Shown here: positions 62,101 through 64,000 of the stretch, piece after piece
How the letters are laid out: each line of letters starts with the position of its first letter
Numbering within the stretch: the stretch's first letter is position 1
NCBI RefSeq assembly: GCF_963506605.1
Contig: NC_083276.1
Span: 81,468,001 to 81,532,000, forward strand
DNA: 64,000 nucleotides
Direction: 5' to 3'
Source of the DNA: Zootoca vivipara
Lineage: Eukaryota
Made by a program: the position numbers and the translations under genes
The notes under the pieces: model-generated
What the model was told of the DNA's origin: nothing
Database searches by the model: none
The model's input: the letters and a program-made list of their open reading frames with translations, nothing else

Positions 62101-63557
62101 ACACCCTGCTCTGGCACTTTCACCACCCGCACCCAGGAAACATGCAGCGTGCAAGTCCATGCAATGTCTTTGGTTAGGATCCAAGAGGGGGGTTTTCTTG
62201 GGAGGCAATACAAACTGAGCATAATGATGCACAGCTGGGGTTCTCCCTATCTGCACCATCTACTCTGTTCAAGAGCAGTGGTTTTTTTTTCAAGTTAACT
62301 ATTGCAGGGTGGGGGAGAAGTGAATGTTGCAAAGACCAGGAGTGGCACAAGTCAAGGAAGCAGGAAAGGAAAACAAGCACAGTAGGAAACAGAGAATTAA
62401 GGAAAGGGCTCCTCTCGCTGCAGATGTCAGGCACAACGGCAAGGAGGTTACTTAGCTGTTTTTTTCCATGGGCATTATTATCTCTCCCCACCCTCTGACA
62501 TCTCACAATTTCACGTCCCAAAGAGAAAAGGTCAGTGCACATGGAGAGATTACACTCAGCTGAGAATTACAGCCAAGCGGCAGGTTTCTGACAGGCAGCC
62601 ATGTACAATACATGCATTTCCAAACATGCTTTGTCACATTCACATTTTGCGCTTGCATCTGAGAAGGTGTGGCGCAGAGGAGGCCAGCCTGTGACTCTCC
62701 AGAAGCTGCTGGACCCCTGGTTCCCATCATCCCTGACTACTGGGCTATGCTGGTTGGGCCTGACAGGACCCGGTAAACCAAAAATAGCTGGATGCCTACA
62801 AGATTCCCCATCCCAGGCAGCTTTGATGCTAGTCCTCCCTGCACCCAGTGCTCCTTTCCTTGAAGGGAGTTCTTAGGGGGCGACCCCAGCAGAATGCAAG
62901 ACTATGAACTCAGCATTGTCTCCCAAGCAAGGGCAACGCAGCAGAGGAAAGCTTTGGAAGGACCTTGCAAAGTCACACGTTTTATAGAAACAAGCATGTC
63001 CCGCCCACCCCCTGGGAAAAAAGCTCAACTCACCTCTCGAGAACCACTCGTCTTTGGGCGGAGGAGGAAGAGAGGGGAGAAGGGAGGCAAGAGAGTAGAG
63101 ATGCCAGCAGGATTCACAGGCCATTTGGAAGGAAAGCAAAAGAGAAGGGGAAACAGGCCACAAATTAGTCGAAAAACCCCATCCATCACCTTGATTGACA
63201 CACCAAAAAGACCAGTCGTCAGGCCTTGAGAGATAAAAGAGCAGGAGAGCCAGGAAAAGTTACTGCAGCTATAGAACGCTTCGATGGAAAAGCAGCAGCT
63301 TGTCCTTACGAGGCCAAGGACAACTTAAGCAGCACTCAGAAACATCTCTCCCTGCCGTGGCCTAGCCCGACCCCATCTATGCAAGGGAACAGGGCAATCC
63401 TACCTTTGCCTTTTTTGGCACCAAAGCAGCTGGCTGCATGGGGACCGGTGTTGTTGGCCGCATTGAGGGGCACTTCCTGGTAACGCTCTGCGTGGGGGAT
63501 CTCACGGTGCACCTGGTAGGACAGGTTCCTCAGGAGGCAAACGCAGTTCTCCACAAG
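54244..63557 (-). CDS. CTNND1: Catenin delta-1 (p120-catenin); 5'-partial spliced CDS, exons 63404..63557, 63034..63051 (C), 61311..61379, 60355..60482, 59546..59696, 58534..58726, 58288..58402, 57244..57331, 56146..56193 (A), 55128..55219, 54627..54683 (B), 54244..54255
   Basis: Armadillo-repeat peptides near-identical to recalled p120 (LVENCVCLLRNLSYQVHREIP, GYELLFQPEIVRIYISLLKESKT, YGRYIRSALRQEK, KKLRETQGIEKLVLINKSG) ending QKI*. All junctions are GT-AG with consistent phases. Confidence 0.97.
54461..54550. mobile_element. ~90-bp palindromic MITE in the last CTNND1 intron
   Basis: Near-identical to 51027..51117. Confidence 0.75.
54627..54683 (-). CDS. CTNND1: CTNND1 alternative exon B (QEEGQESFAESDPLLYPPM)
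   Basis: ctacag|CAG GAG GAA GGG CAG GAA TCC...ATG|gtatgt; 57 nt; ends match human exon B (QDEGQES...YPSM). Confidence 0.82.
55128..55219 (-). CDS. CTNND1: CTNND1 exon (DNYSTLNERDHNRTLERSGEEMESMKGAPLM)
   Basis: tttcag|AC AAT...ATG|gtaaag; 92 nt. Confidence 0.92.
56146..56193 (-). CDS. CTNND1: CTNND1 alternative exon A (DKKSSREEIQMGNMGP)
   Basis: gtgcag|AC AAG...CCA G|gtattg; 48 nt, phase 1-1. Confidence 0.88.
57244..57331 (-). CDS. CTNND1: CTNND1 exon (VNRSNSTRSQGGNSFDDSTLPLIDKNQKG)
   Basis: tttcag|GTG...GGA G|gtaagt; 88 nt. Confidence 0.93.
58288..58402 (-). CDS. CTNND1: CTNND1 exon (NRSEREIRAAALVLQTIWGYKELRKPLEKEGWKKSDFQ)
   Basis: tcctag|G AAC...CAG|gtatct; 115 nt. Confidence 0.95.
58534..58726 (-). 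CDS. CTNND1: CTNND1 exon (GKHAIPSLVKNLPGG...INKSG)
   Basis: tcttag|GC AAG...TCT GG|gtgggt; 193 nt. Confidence 0.95.
59546..59696 (-). CDS. CTNND1: CTNND1 exon (YGRYIRS...NKELI)
   Basis: ttgcag|TAC...ATA G|gtgaga; 151 nt. Confidence 0.95.
60355..60482 (-). CDS. CTNND1: CTNND1 exon (GYELLFQPE...AGRWT)
   Basis: tgctag|...ACG|gtgagt; 128 nt. Confidence 0.95.
61311..61379 (-). CDS. CTNND1: CTNND1 exon (GKKPTEDPSTDIVDFPKRPTPAK)
   Basis: tacaag|GT AAA...AAA G|gtaatg; 69 nt. Confidence 0.92.
63034..63051 (-). CDS. CTNND1: CTNND1 alternative microexon C (DEWFSR)
   Basis: ccaaag|ACGAGTGGTTCTCGAGAG|gtgagt; 18 nt, phase 1-1. Confidence 0.9.
63404..63557 (-). CDS. CTNND1: CTNND1 exon (LVENCVC...GAKKGK)
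   Basis: tgccag|CTT GTG...AAA G|gtagga; 154 nt. Confidence 0.95.
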
Positions 63558-64000
63558 CTGGCAAAAGACAAAACAGTTCCTCAAGATGGGCATCAAGGTC
63601 ACAGAAATTCAAGAGGTCGGGAGTTGCGTGCACAAGAATAAGCAAGTACAAGAAAGGCGGGAAAGCAGGAGCTCCGGTAGCATTCTGCACCTTGGGACAA
63701 GAATCTGGGGTGGGGTGTGGGCATCTGACATCAGCAACACATTCAGGCTGTGAGCAGGAACCAATATGCCCTCTCCTCACTGATGGGCACTGACAGCAAG
63801 CCCTATCAAGATTAGATGCACCAAGGTGTTGCCCGTTAGGAACTGCCTAGTGCAACTGAAGGGGCCACCACCCGCTAGGCCCCCACTGTCCATTTGCAGG
63901 TGTTGTCTGAATCCAAGCTGTGCCTGCAAACAGACTTCTAAGGGGCTTCCTGTAATCGCCAGCCAGCTGCTTACAACAATCCACTGGAGCTTTGTCAAAG

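Overview
Eukaryotic genomic DNA from a squamate, most likely a lacertid lizard (Podarcis-type Sauria SINEs). It is not prokaryotic, and most ORFs in the supplied track are spurious. Left end: the 3' seven coding exons of leupaxin (LPXN, + strand; 5' exons outside the window). Right end: the 3' twelve coding exons and ~2.1 kb 3'UTR of p120-catenin (CTNND1, - strand), including alternative exons A, B and the 18-nt microexon C. Between these convergent genes lies a compact chemoreceptor cluster of four intact single-exon olfactory receptors: OR10Q1-like, OR10W1-like, OR6Q1-like and a family 6/11-type OR. The cluster also holds an apparently orphan terminal (7TM) exon of a vomeronasal type-2 / class C GPCR that is frame-intact but shows CpG-type decay. 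This resembles the human 11q12 CTNND1-OR-LPXN block in compact form. The rest is intronic or intergenic DNA rich in SINEs, L2/CR1/L1/Penelope remnants, hAT- and Tc1/mariner-type MITEs and microsatellites. Ortholog names come from my recollection of the human proteins, not from a database search. I found no convincing wholly new biological system. The strongest leads are the orphan V2R exon, the conserved minimal OR cluster, paired cysteine loss in one OR, and an NES-less p120 exon B.
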